A stretch of 62,568 nt of DNA, counting the filler, from Catajapyx aquilonaris (Eukaryota), in assembly GCA_000934665.2 (NCBI GenBank). It is 3 parts of 3 records of this genome, joined end to end, with 100 filler letters (N's around TTAATTAATTAA, not from the genome) between each part and the next. Parts side by side here need not be neighbours in the genome. Positions count along the whole stretch, not along the records: positions 1 to 20,782 come from KZ539494.1; 2 more parts are not named here. One strand, written 5' to 3'. Positions 1 to 12,003 of this stretch are shown in pieces. A program made the position numbers and the translations under genes. How positions within the stretch are numbered: position 1 is the first letter of the stretch; each line of letters opens with the position of its first letter. The notes beneath the pieces are model-generated. The model was not told where the DNA came from and made no database searches. It saw nothing but the letters and a program-made list of their open reading frames with translations.

Positions 1-548
1 ATTTCGAGGTAGGACCTACAGGGAGCATGCTAATGACTTCCGAAGGTGATAGGGGGAGTAGTAGACTACAATAATCTTGTCTCCAGAAACTCAATGGTTA
101 TTGCATTAAATTATCTATTAATCTTTATTACCTATTCATCTGGTTCAAATTCTACTCCTTGAAGGTTGTCATCTGGAGTTTCCTCCAGCTGCACTTCAAC
201 ATTCATTGGGTCAATGTAAGGAAGCGAGGTTTCTCCCACAGCAGTCTTCTAGCCTCTTTGATGAATAGCAATTAGCATGCTCCCTGTAGGTCCTACCTCG
301 AAATGTCCCTATCCAACATTGATCAGGATGGTCTGGGCTGCAACATATCCCATTTTCAGCCAAATCGAACGGAAAACCAGATCATATCCCATATGACCTT
401 CGGAGGTCAATAGCACGCTCCCTGTAGGTCCTACCTCGAAATGTCCCTATCTAATCTTGATCAGGATGGTCTGGGCTACAACATATCCAATTTTCAGGCA
501 AATCGAACGGAAGGCCACTCGCCCATATATTTTGTGCCTCCTCCTTTT
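1..548. mobile_element. MITE family A, 5' end outside window; right TIR present twice in tandem
   Basis: Near-identical to 7021-7428. The TIR block TAGCATGCTCCCTGTAGGTCCTACCTCGAAATGTCCC occurs at ~273 and again at ~411. Ends GTGCCTCCTCCTTTT. Confidence 0.75.
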
Positions 549-618
549 CGTCAAAAGAGACTTAAACGGCCAAAAAAAACTTGGGCGTCAAAGGGTTAAC
601 CAACACTGCTAATAAATA

Positions 619-930
619 CAGTTGAATCCCAACAGCCTCAGTTATAACTGACTTTCGGTTATAACAGACTTGCAAGGCAGATCTTGGCATACTTCCACAA
701 GGCCGTGTATTTTTACTCCTGATATAACACTCATTTTTCACCTCAACTTGGCTATAACTGACCATTTCTTGACCCCTCGGTGGGAAAACATGATGCTTTT
801 GATTACTCAGCTTCCTTTCCCACGCGAGGAAAGCACTGCATATTTGAGCAGGGATGATTTCCCCACCTGTCACTGATCTAAGCTTCCTACTAGCAAGTTT
901 TGCACCTCAAGGTTAAGGCTGTATTTGACA
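619..930 (+). mobile_element. pogo/Tigger-like non-autonomous element, 5' remnant
   Basis: TA+CAGTTGAATCC terminus; aligns by eye with 11577-11860. Confidence 0.6.
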
Positions 931-1640
931 TGTGGAATATCTCTTTTTGAGTGTTCAGCAGTAGTCACCAAGCAATCCAAAACTGTTTGCCCTGGAGACT
1001 CTCTTGAAGGATACAAAGAGCTTTCTATTTTGTCTAACTTCCCATCAAATTTTACATCTTCCGTCTACTCCCTTCTTTGAGAGCCCACCTATTGACATTC
1101 ATTCAGGCTCTCATTTCTAACCTCTTTCTTTTGTGAAGCACGAATAATCAACACCCGGTTAATCGAGAGTACTGTGCAATATAAATTAACCTCCCCCCAG
1201 TCCAACACCTATATTTTGAAGTGCTCTCTAACTCAAACTGCTGGCAATAATTTACTGTTGAATGTATGCAATGTCAAGTCTCCACAAACAGCAGTTCGTG
1301 CAATCTTTGAGTAGGTTTTCCCATGCTACTGTTTATGGGATAAAGGCAAATATTTGTGCATTCACTCGCAAACGGTACCGCCAGGTGACATTTTGCATTG
1401 TGAGTGACTACAGATTTAAAATCATTTATACAGAGTGAAACTCTTCGTGCGTGTTCACAGAGATCTATAACATGCAGTTGGCCCCTGGTTATGTGGCCTC
1501 ATTAACTGCAGTTTAAAAATTTTGAAAAAAGAAATAAAAACATTTAATTATTATTATTTAATCCAACATGAATTTTTGTTACAGTCCACTACTGCATTGT
1601 GATGAACTATGCTTAGCAGGGCCATTAGATGGAGAGTACT

Positions 1641-1889
1641 TCAGTGGGGGCTTAACATCGGCCAGGGGGTGGGCCTCCTCCTGGAAATTTGGCCACTGTG
1701 GGGATCTTTAACGTGCACTGGTGCAATGTCACAAGCACACAGGACCGAGGACTTTACTTCCCCTCCAAAGGAAGGCATACTCGCACTTTTCCACCACCCA
1801 GAGAAAAGTCACCGACCTCGACCGGGTTCGAACCTACAAATTTGGGACTAGAGGCGAGCGCGCTAACCACCAGATCACCGGCACCGGCA
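1641..1889 (-). mobile_element. tRNA-derived SINE
   Basis: Minus-strand A box (TGATCTGGTGG) and B box (GGTTCGAACCC). Perfect 14-bp TSD AGATGGAGAGTACT at 1627-1640 and 1890-1903. Confidence 0.85.
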
Positions 1890-1975
1890 AGATGGAGAGT
1901 ACTGGTGTGATTACTCCAAATCCATACAGTCAACACAAACACAACAAGCACACAACACCAAGTGAGTGCAGTACC

Positions 1976-2160
1976 GAAGCAGCAGTAGGTGAGGGGATAT
2001 GGTATCCGGCTGCTAATCGGGAGGTCCGGGGATCAAATCCCGGGACCAGCAACTCTGACCGTGGTTTTCTGTGGTTTCCCACGGTCCCTCCAGGAAAATT
2101 CCGGAGTTGTTTCCGTAATTAACAGGCCACAGCCGCTTCCGTCCATCCCTATCCCTTCCC
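1976..2160 (+). mobile_element. tRNA-derived SINE (Deu/Nin-type central domain)
   Basis: B-box-like GGATCAAATCCCG, then GGTTTTCTGTGGTTTCCC...CCAGGAAAATTCCGG...GGCCACAGCCGCTTCC, a body common in insect SINEs. Confidence 0.6.
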
Positions 2161-2574
2161 AAAAAGTGAAGCAAAAAGTAAAAAGCAAAGAGTTCCTGAC
2201 AAAAAAATTTGGATGAACTCCCCCCCTAAGGGAGCCAATGGCTCTATCACGGGGTAAATTATTATTATTAAATGAGTGCAGCAAATTGGACCACAACATT
2301 GCAATGCCACACACAATTGACAAAATTCGGGAAGAAAAATAATTCCGGGGTCAAATGCCCCTGAGGTGAATATGTCATGGGGCAAAAATACTGTGGGAAT
2401 GAAATGTTCTGATACAGTTCTATTTTACTGTTTATGTTGATGTCTAAATGTGTATAATTCATAAATTTAACTTTTCATAGGTATGAATCTATGCTTAAAA
2501 CCGCATGTTACATAATTATGGTTCAGTATATGTGCAGGTTTCACTTAACGTTGACTTAACCCTTTTGGCCCGAG

Positions 2575-3265
2575 CTATACCGCCATTGCCTAGATTTTCG
2601 TTTCTGTTAAATTTACATGTACTCTGATGATAAAAAATAAGATATTTTACCAATAATAACAGCTATATTTACACATTCATGCTCTACGCTATGTACGTGT
2701 TTGGAACCAGTTTCCTTGTCTAGAAGTCCCTAAATTAATTTCCAAAAGTATTCCCACAAAGAATAGCTATACTGCCATCACTTAGATTTTGGTTTGCAGG
2801 TACTCTGAAGATAATTACAAGATATTTCACAAATAATAACAGCTATACTTACCCATTCATGGAAAACACAATGTATATCTTTGAAACTATTTTCCTTGTC
2901 TAGAAGTGCCTAACTTAATTTCCAAAAAGATTGCTGTAAATTCCATCGCCTAGATTTTCGCTTGCACTTACTCTGAATATAAGGAAAAGATATTTCCCAA
3001 ACAATAACAGATACACTTAGTCATTCATGCTCTACACGATGAATGTGTTGGAAACAATTTTCACTAGTCTAGAAGTCCCTAAATTAATTTTCAAAAATAA
3101 TAACTTGAAAACCAAGTACTACTGGCCAACCGTTAGGCCATCACCTAAATTATCACCTAGATTTTCTCTTTCACGTACTCTGAAGATAAGGACAATATAT
3201 TTTACAAAATAATGACGGCTATACTTACACAATCATTGGAAATGCTATGAATGTGCTTGGAACAA
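2575..3265 (+). repeat. Degenerate tandem repeat, ~4 copies of a ~180-200 bp unit
   Basis: CTAGATTTTC...TACTCTGA.GATAA...AATAACAGCTATA...TCTAGAAGTCCCTAAATTAATT recurs at ~2590, 2782, 2950 and 3157. It follows a TTAA+CCCT piggyBac-like end at ~2556. Confidence 0.8.
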
Positions 3266-4099
3266 CCCCCCTCATGTGCGTGTTTGTTTACACGAGTGGA
3301 AAAACGCCGTTTCCCAATTATGTATTAATTACATAGTGGATAGTACTTGTTGAACTTGGTATCAGTCAATGTATGCAGAAGTGATTGAAAGTGGAGGGCT
3401 AATTATAAATATATTATCCTTATGGAAAGCCTTGGGAGCCCGTTCGTAAGTACGGACCACCGTAAGTCGGGTCGTTCACAAACCGGGGACTTCCTGTACA
3501 TATTCAGATACATAAGATGCATGTCTGCTAAAGGCCCCCTTGACCCCTGGTCAAGCACAGGAGTAGAGTTAGGGGGTTGCCAGTCCCATGGGGTCAACTC
3601 CCAAAGATCCTTTTGCTTTAGATGGTGCTCAGATTAAAGTGGTGGTGGGCTAGGCAAAAGCAGAGGCAGCAGAGAGACCAGTTAACCCTAGGGCATATGG
3701 GGTTTGGCCTGGAAGGATGCATACTGGGACATGGGTGGGTGTAGCAGGAGGAGAGAAAGGGAGGGCAATGGACACTGGCAACCAGGGCAAGCAGAGTGGA
3801 TGTAGGGCAATGCTGTTAGGGGTGAACATGGGGCCGGTTTGCCATTTTTTCCATAACAGCAGAATAGGTCCTCTTTGCAAGATTGCTGGTATCCATTTCT
3901 TTCTGTGTGATGGTATCGCTAGGGAAAACAGGCCAACCATTTGCTTCAGTTTTTAAAACCTACTAATTATGTCATAGGTGAAATTGACTGGCCAGAAGTA
4001 CAGGGTTACTGCTAGTCTTCTATGAATTAAAAAAAATTTCTGTTCCATTGGCGACCAAAAATCTTTTGAGGAACAGAGTGATTCAACTACATACAGGTT

Positions 4100-4585
4100 T
4101 CACTGAATTTCCCAGTCATGTACCTTTCCAAGAAAAAACCTGAAGACAGTTGATTTCTTGCTGCAACTTGCAACTTCAGGCATGCTTTCTTCTGTTATTC
4201 CACGTTCACTAATATGATGCTTCATGATATTCAGCACCCTATCCATCTCATACTTTTCAGCCAAATTAAGTGGGGTGATTCCTTCCCAGTCCTTGGTATA
4301 TGGGTGTGCTCCATGAGACAGCAGATACTCAACCATCTCCTCATGCCCAGCTTTAGCTGCATGATGAAGGGGAGTGCGACCAAAGATATCTTTTGGGTCC
4401 ATATTCAAATCTTCGTAATGTTTTTCCAGAAGCTTAAGGCCATCTACATCTCCACCCATCCCAGCATTGTGGATAATGGTCCCTCCCATAGAATCAGAGA
4501 TTTCCAGCAGTCGAGGCCCCTCATCTTCGATGCACTTTTCGATAACACTGGTATGTCCAATTCTGAAGGCCATGAAGATATCCAT
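4100..4585 (-). CDS. Ankyrin-repeat protein (~161 aa from first ATG; frame open to ~4657, possibly a terminal exon)
   Basis: Repeats DIFGRTPLHHAAKAGHEEMVEYLLSHGA, DWEGITPLNLA and SMGGTIIHNAGMGG. Possible acceptor CTGCCAG at ~4652. Confidence 0.8.
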   Translation of the reverse strand: MDIFMAFRIGHTSVIEKCIEDEGPRLLEISDSMGGTIIHNAGMGGDVDGLKLLEKHYEDLNMDPKDIFGRTPLHHAAKAGHEEMVEYLLSHGAHPYTKDWEGITPLNLAEKYEMDRVLNIMKHHISERGITEESMPEVASCSKKSTVFRFFLGKVHDWEIQ

Positions 4586-5488
4586 ATCCTGATGAAGAGA
4601 ACACAATGCATTGCTGTCTATAGGGCAGACATACTTGCATTTCAGTACTCCTGGCAGTTACACAGGGTGATTCAAAATACCTAAGTCCCATTGCTATGGC
4701 TATTGGTTGGCACTAAGCAGCTTATTTAAGCAGTTACTTTTGCAAAACTACTTTTAATGGTTATAAAAAGTATTAGCTGCTAATAACACTGTCTGACAAG
4801 GGTATTTTTTCTCAGGTTATGATATGTGTTTCAATAAGGGTTTTCGCCGCTGATTCCAAATCTGTAATTAGAATTGTGCTGGCAGGCACAGTTTTTGAGA
4901 TGTATTGTTTTAAAGATTTGAACAGTTACTAGCCTGGGTCTTTCCGAATCAAGTGGGCCTAAATGTTGCTAGATCGTCTCGGATCTTGGTGAAAATAATC
5001 GCAGATCTACTCAACTATTCCTTAATGCTGCTTATAAAGTTTCAGCCATATTGTGCAATACCATGATGAGGGGAAAAATCGCATAAATCTGTAAATATAT
5101 TGCTGAAAATGAGGCCTTTTTGGATAATTTTTTCCGATTAGTGGAAGTGGGCAAAGCCCAATGAACGCATGTATCAAAAGAAAGAGCAACACCAGGAAAA
5201 TGCTCCTATGGAACTAGTTTTCCTCTAAAATGTACAAATAAATTTTTATAGCATTTCATTGGTCACATGCTCAGTCACATGCCCAAGAATTGTGACCTCA
5301 ACAATTAGTGATGTTTTTGCAATACATCAATCATATTTGGTGACACTAGTTGTGACCGACACAAGGTTCAGTATGTTAGGCCTGGGTCATACATGGTTCG
5401 CGAGAAAATAATAGATATGTTTTGCAGATAAACCGTTAATTTCACTCTTCTACAAAAAACCTTTTTGCTCTTTCTGAAGATGTGAATA

Positions 5489-5641
5489 GTGATTCCTATA
5501 GTACTTTTCGCCCTGATTCCAAATCTGTACATAGAATTGTGCTCTCAGGCATAGTTTTTGAGATATACTGCACAATTTGAGATCCCAGCACAATTCTAAG
5601 TACAGATTTGGAATCAGGGCGAAAAGTACTATAGGAATCAC
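5489..5641. repeat. Inverted repeat (~55-bp arms) within a TE remnant
   Basis: GTGATTCCTATAGTACTTTTCGCCCTGATTCCAAATCTGTAC and its reverse complement; related direct copy at ~4841. Confidence 0.7.
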
Positions 5642-5913
5642 CTATTGAGAAAATCTAGTTAAATACAAATTCGAGTTATCGGAATTCAATTTGCATTACA
5701 TACAGGGTGAAGGGAAACTCGCGCACAATCACCAGGTAGACTGATAGTACTCGCAAAACTAACATAGGGATGTGCAATTTCATTTGGGCTCTGTTGTGCA
5801 GTTAATGCGTACGGCGGCGTCAAAGTTTCGTGGCGTCACGCCCATTCCACCAACTTCTAAGAAGCAAAAGTCAGTTCGAGGGTCTCCGGTGCCTTATTGC
5901 CTTGGTCCCGTAA

Positions 5914-6590
5914 AGGTGCATTCACATATACGTGAATAAACACTTGCGAGCGATTTTCAGGTTCTGCTTTTTCGTGTCTTTTACGTCACGAAGCAAGCGA
6001 ATATTTGGAAAATTTTCCAGGCATTCACGTATCCGCTATGCGATAAAACTTGCTCGTTAGTTATGGAGCATGCGCTGTGCAGCAGGGCAGGTAGGATGGG
6101 GTCGGGGTCATGTGGGGAGGGGGAGGTCTTGGGCTGAGAAAGATGGCGGAGCCCTGTGCTGCAGAGGCAGCCGGCATGGCAGTAAAAATGCTGCTGAACC
6201 GACCTTGGAAGGGTGCCCAGGTCACAGTGCACCAAGTGGGGCAAGAGCTGGACATGGTGCGGAGACTGGCCGGGTCGGGAGTTCGCGACAAAAACATAGG
6301 TAACTTCCGAGCTCGGGCATCTGCATTCCCAACATGGCCGAGGAAGGCCGACAAATCCATGTGGCGGTGCTGGGTGACTCGAACCAGCTCCAAAATTCGC
6401 TCGCATCAAAAATTCGCTTCTATCTGGCTCTAACAGAGGAGCGCGATTTTTAGTTTAGTCGCGTGAGTGACCAAAATTGCTCACGTCTAGAAGAAAATCG
6501 CCGATATGTGAATGCCTTCGGCCAGACGCGAATTCATTGAGCTGAAAATCACTCGCTTTTGATCAAAATCGCGTATATGTGAACACACCT
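5914..6590. mobile_element. PIF/Harbinger-like MITE
   Basis: TIR AGGTG(C/T)(A/G)TTCACATATACG with TAA/TTA-like flanks; second internal TIR pair at ~6018 and ~6517. Confidence 0.55.
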
Positions 6591-6692
6591 TATGGGAGGG
6601 ATAAAGAGAATTTGGGAGTAAAGTTCTCGCTAACTAACAGCAGAACTGATTTTTTTTTTGTGTGTGTAATAGTGTAACTGACCTCTCTCTTA

Positions 6693-6848
6693 CACATGTA
6701 TCCTCAGTTCAAAAAGAATTGTCCCAGTCATCCTGATGTGTGTGCTGCCCGCTCGACACACACCATGTAACTTACATGGTGTGTGTCGAGCGGCGAGCCC
6801 ACACGTCAGGATGACTGGGACAGTTCTTTTTGCACTGTTGATACACTG
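6693..6848. mobile_element. Palindromic mini-MITE (TA flanked)
   Basis: Near-perfect 156-bp hairpin centred on CACCATGTAACTTACATGGTG. Confidence 0.7.
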
Positions 6849-6917
6849 TACTTTTCCCATATTCTTAATGTAGTATTATAAAAAGTCATTTGCATTCGGG
6901 AGTAATTTACGCAGTCG

Positions 6918-7429
6918 TAAAAGGATGAGGCACAAAATGGGCGAGTGGCCTTCCGTTCGATTTGCCTGAAAATTGGACATGTTGTGGCCCAGACCATCCT
7001 GATCAATGTTAGATGGGGACATTTTTAGGTAGGACCTACAGGGAGCATGCTAATGACCTCCAAAGGTAATAGGGGGAGTAGTAGACTACAATAAGTCTCA
7101 GGAACTCAATGGTTATTGCATTAAATTATCTATTAATCTTTATTACCTATTCATCTGGTTCAAATTCTACTCCTTCAAGGTTGTCATCTGGACTTTCCTC
7201 CAGCTGCACTTCAACATTCATTGGGTCAATGTAAGGAAGCGAGGTTTCTTCTCTCACAGCAGTCTTCTAGCCTCTTCGATAAATAGCAATTAGCATGCTC
7301 CCTGTAGGTCCTACCTCAAAATGTCCCTATATAACCTTGATCAGGATGGTCTGGGCCACAACATATCCCATTTTCAGGCAAATCAAACGGAAGGCCACTC
7401 GCCCATATATTTTGTGCCTCATCCTTTTA
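6918..7429. mobile_element. MITE family A, complete copy
   Basis: ~135-bp TIRs starting AAAAGGATGAGGCACAAAA; second copy at 1-548. Confidence 0.8.
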
Positions 7430-8175
7430 AGTTATGTTGTAACAAGCACTCAAAAATGCGGAAAAATGAGATGCTCCGGACCTACAAAGCCAATTTTTAT
7501 GTTTAGCTATAACCTTTCCGCAAATAGTAATTTTGCCAAAATTTGACTGATTTGAGAACTACTATAAGTTGGGGCGAACCCTAATTTTCACGGTTTTTAT
7601 TGTGCCTAGACGGAATGGTCAACCGCAAACAAGACCTGTCTTTTGTGTATCGAGAGTGGGATCCACTGTCTCCTCTTTCGGCCAGAGTTGGAACTTGAAG
7701 TCCCGATTATCCTTATCCCCCCATTAACACATCGTCCATGTGCAAAGGGCGATCAAATCCCGTCAGAGTAAGAATTCGGGTACGACACCCGTGCACTTTG
7801 TCGTTTTTGACTCATATTCCACCCATCTGGCCCTCTACACTTTAAGGGCAGCATATGCATTAACTAAGCAATGGAGCAAAAAACTAATTGCACATCCCTA
7901 TATTAGTTGGAGCGTACTATAAGTCTACCTGGCGATTATACGCCAGTTTCCCTTCACCCTGTATATGGAGAATCTGCCAAGTCCAAGATTTTTTTCGAAT
8001 TATCGAGAATTTCAAGTTATCGGGATCTTTCTTTCATGCAATAGAAAAAAATTGTTTCTTACTCTTTCTTGACGCACCTCCCCATAATCTTCCCTAAGAA
8101 GTACCATTATATTTCATAATTCAGTATTTCCAAATTTACCATTTTATTCCTCATCCCAATATCACTTATAATATA

Positions 8176-9001
8176 CAGGGTGTTTACGACCTAACTTTAC
8201 AAACTTCTAGGGGTAATAGAGGGGACCAAGACAAACATATTTCACATAGGAACCCGTATCCGGAAACGCCATCTAGAGGGGGTTCATAGACGAGGAACGG
8301 GTGCGCTCAGACACGTCAGGCGGGGGGCATTAGCGGTCAGAGCGTTTAGTTGCTAGGTGGCGCGCGGATTGTACACAACTTCGCAATTCGCAATAACTTG
8401 GCAACAACAGAACCACCTAACAACTAAAGTCAGCATGCTAGGTAGAACGCAGATAATAACAAAGAGTTCTGCTATTATATAATATAATACCTAGAGGAGG
8501 TACTCCCTATCCTTTTCCATTAGACAGGCTGAGGCAGCGGCCATCTTGTTGGAGGTAATATTGTTGTCCTAACAGTTGTCTAGCAACTGGGACAACAACC
8601 AATAATGACAACTGGGCGACAATTAGTTCAATAATGTCAGGCGTCCGCCATCTTGTTGGAGGTAACATTGTTGCCTGCATTGTTGCCTGCCTCACATTTC
8701 AGCCTGAGTGCCTCCTCTAGGTATTATATTATATAATAGCAGAACTCTTTGGATAATAAACAAGAACTCTGTTGTTGCCAGGTTATGGCGAATTGCGAAG
8801 TTGTGTACAATCCGCACGCCACCGAGCAACTAAACGATCCTCTCGTTAGCGCCTCCCACGTGACGCGTGAGCGCACCCGTTCCTTGTCTATGAACCCCCT
8901 CTAGATGGCGTTTCCGGACACGGGTTCCTATGTGAAATATGTTTGTCTTGGTCCCCTCTATTACCCCTAGAAGTTTGTAAAGTTAGGTCGTAAACACCCT
9001 G
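8176..9001. mobile_element. Tc1/mariner-type palindromic MITE family D
   Basis: CAGGGTGTTTACGACC TIR, TA TSD, long inverted arms; related copy at 12867-13428. Confidence 0.9.
8460..8751. mobile_element. MITE with 8-bp TSD (P-element- or hAT-type) nested in family D
   Basis: ~41-bp TIR CAAAGAGTTCTGCTATTATATAATATAATACCTAGAGGAGG; TSD GATAATAA at 8452-8459 and 8752-8759; absent from the 12867 paralog. Confidence 0.85.
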
Positions 9002-9719
9002 TATAGCTGCCTCAGAGCCTTGCATAATAGGAGATCAATTTTTGACCTTTTGGCCGCAGCATCTCAAAAACTATTGAGATCTAGGGCTTTTCAGGAGAGC
9101 TGTTTTCTTTCCAGCAGATAGAGAACCTGAAAAAACACAATTTGAACATGAACTTCACATAGAAATTCACTTCCTTCCCTTGGGATTCGTATATACATGA
9201 CCATGTCTGTTTCTCCTAAACTAGAGCCAATCAACAAATTTTTTTTTCATTTTCGTGTTCAGCGCCTCGAAATTAGTCAAAATTTGCTATTTTCACTTCA
9301 AAGGTTTTTTCAGTGTTGGCCTGTGTTATCCATGTCTTTCGATTATCCGGCGACACCCATGCAGTCATTAACCCGGATAATCGGGAGTACAGTGTAATAC
9401 AATTTTACGCTTTATTCCCATTGATGCCACTGCATATTGGAAAGATCCCTCCCAAACAAAACAAAATTATCTCATCTGTTACAAAATGATATATCACAAT
9501 GCTGTAGTTTCCTTATCGCTTCACAAAAAAAATATATAAAAAAATAAAATGAAAATACTTTTAACTGTCGGAATATTAATTAGCAAGGAGTAAAAGGAAT
9601 TTGGAGAAACTTTCACAAAACCTCACCTATACTTTGGTCCCTAGCCCCCTGGGAGAAAGAGCACACAAAAAGCATATGATACATAGAACAGCATGCCGCA
9701 TCATTGAACAAGGAACATA

Positions 9720-10507
9720 CAAGGTGCAGTCATTAAGTTCGAAGCCCGAATTAAATCTCGGCTCCCATTTAACATATCACGGCCAAATATTTATGGCACA
9801 TCGAGAGACTCTTTAGGGTGCAGAGGAAAAAAAAAATAGGGCGCTGGCTCATATTCGATAATAGTTCTGGTCGTTTTCCCGAGAGGGCGCGCGGGAGTTC
9901 GGCGATGAGAATAAATAACACAAAATGGCGCCTGAGCGGAGGTTTGAGGAGCAACGCAACTCAATCAAATTTTGTGTGTTGCTGGGGCCATACTGCCCAG
10001 GAAACACTGGGCATGTTGAGGAAGGCGTACGGCAAATGTGCTGCTCTCTCATGGCCGGCTGTAAAAAAGTGGCATCGGCGTCTCGACTAGTGATGGGCCG
10101 CCCGCTGCGAGGATTGTCCGATGTTGTCTCTCGGCCCTCCCGGAAACGCCGATGCCACTTTTTTACAGCCGGCCATGAGAGAGCAGCACATTTGCCGTAC
10201 GCCTTCCTTAACATGCCCAGTGTTTCCTGGGCAGTATGGCCCCAGCAACACACAAAATTTGATTGAGTTGCGTTGCTCCTCAAACCTCCGCTCAGGCGCC
10301 ATTTTGTGTTATTTATTCTCATCGCCGAACTCCCGCGCGCCCTCTCGGGAAAACGACCAGAACTATTATCGAATATGAGCCAGCGCCCTATTTTTTTTTT
10401 CCTCTGCACCCTAAAGAGTCTCTCGATGTGCCATAAATATTTGGCCGTGATATGTTAAATGGGAGCCGAGATTTAATTCGGGCTTCGAACTTAATGACTG
10501 CACCTTG
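9720..10507. mobile_element. Mariner-derived foldback element made of two 5' ends
   Basis: TA TSD, TIR CAAGGTGCAGTCATTAAGTTC. Both ~360-bp arms encode a mariner HTH N-terminus (EQRNSIKFC.../..AVKKWHRR), continuing as FREGRETTSDNPRSGRP through the spacer. Confidence 0.9.
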
Positions 10508-10842
10508 TATCTCGCCTGAGTCAACTTTTATGGGGTACTCTTACACGGAATATTACTTAGACCCGTTTCTCAAGTTCACAATTAATCAGATCATTTCATA
10601 TGGCAAGGCCTGATGTAAATAATCTTTCTGCAGAAATCCATCTGATATCTCATAGTAATGTTTGTATGTGTTTGTATTTTTAGGTGCTCTCTGGTCTGGT
10701 TCTATTGTGTTATCCATAAAACCACTAATTTAATCCTTTGTATTGATTTCATCGTGATTTGTTAACCAGTGGGGAAAAAATGTAATTTCCCCCTTCCCTT
10801 CAAAGTAATCACAATAAATTAATAAATGACACACTTCCGGGG

Positions 10843-11098
10843 GAGGTGTTGTGGCCGAGATGGTAGCGTCTCCGCTTGATGAGTAAAAGGTCCCAGGTTC
10901 AATCTCCGCCTGGGAGTTCCCTTTTGCCTGCATCAGGAGGGTCTCTGACCTGCACCTTGGAGGTGTCTGGCAACCTAGCCTAGTGGGGGACAGCACATGG
11001 CCCAGCATCTGACATTGCACCTGCACAGGTGTCCCCTCCCCAACAATCCCTATCCCTACCCCACATCCCGAACTCCTTGCACGAAGATTGAAGAAAAA
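10843..11098 (+). mobile_element. tRNA-derived SINE
   Basis: A box TGGCCGAGATGG, B box GGTTCAATCTCC, unrelated body, GAA/A-rich tail. Confidence 0.65.
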
Positions 11099-12003
11099 AC
11101 GGCATTAAAATTGATCTAAATGGTGGTATTCCACTCCTCTAGACCCTTATCAGCTGATAACGGGGTAAAAGTTGTTTTTTTTAATGACACAATTCCAAAA
11201 CAGGTTTATTGCCTTACAGGCAACAGTAGGGCCTATTTGCGATTTATTGTGGCTTGTAAGCGATCAATGTGGTTTTTTTTACCTGGCATGATGCAGGAAA
11301 ATTTTGAGAACTACACAAATCACCAAACTGTGGCATCAGCTGCTTTTGATTTGGCAGGGCTGCCGTAGAATCAACACATGCATCCATTTTCAGGAATTTC
11401 TAATTCAATGCTTGTGATTAGGCATACTCAGCCTTATAGCCTACCATCTTGCTGATCGAGTCACCAAGCATGCATTTTCTAAAACCTGGTCATTTCCAGT
11501 TTTTCCAGCATGCCACTTTATAGATGGTAATATGGTGGCAGTAGAAGTGGCGATAACAACAACTACTCTGCTACTACAACTGACTCCAGATATAACAACC
11601 TCGGCTATAATAGACTTGAAAGGCTCCATATAAGGCCCTGCGTATTTTTATTCCTGATATAACAAACTCATTTTTCCCCTCACCTTGGCTATAACAGACC
11701 ATTTCTTGGACCCTTTGTGGGAAAATAGGTTCCTGACGATTACCCGGCATCACTTTCCAACCCATAGGAAGGCACTGCATACTGGTGTGGGGTGATTTTT
11801 CCATCTGTCACTGACCCAAACTTCCCACTTGCAAGTTTTGCATATCAAGGATGAGGCACACATGTGATCTGTCAATTTATCCACATTTGTCCTCGGTCAG
11901 AAAGGTGACCTTGGTTCCCATGCTTGGTCAATGTAGACCGGAGCGTATTCCTGAGTCAGGTAGTTCAGACAAAGGCGGCCAAAATGTTGTGCATCAAGTT
12001 TAA

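Larger units (their letters stand above)
5703..7961. mobile_element. Tc1/mariner-type MITE (CAGGGTGAAGGGAAAC TIR, TA TSD) carrying three nested insertions
   Basis: ~80-bp imperfect TIRs flanked by TA on both sides. Confidence 0.8.

Noticed and set aside
1810..1889. tRNA genes (also ~1980-2050 and 10843-10915)
   Set aside because: A/B boxes are followed by SINE bodies or tails, one has a TSD, and no complete cloverleaf is evident.
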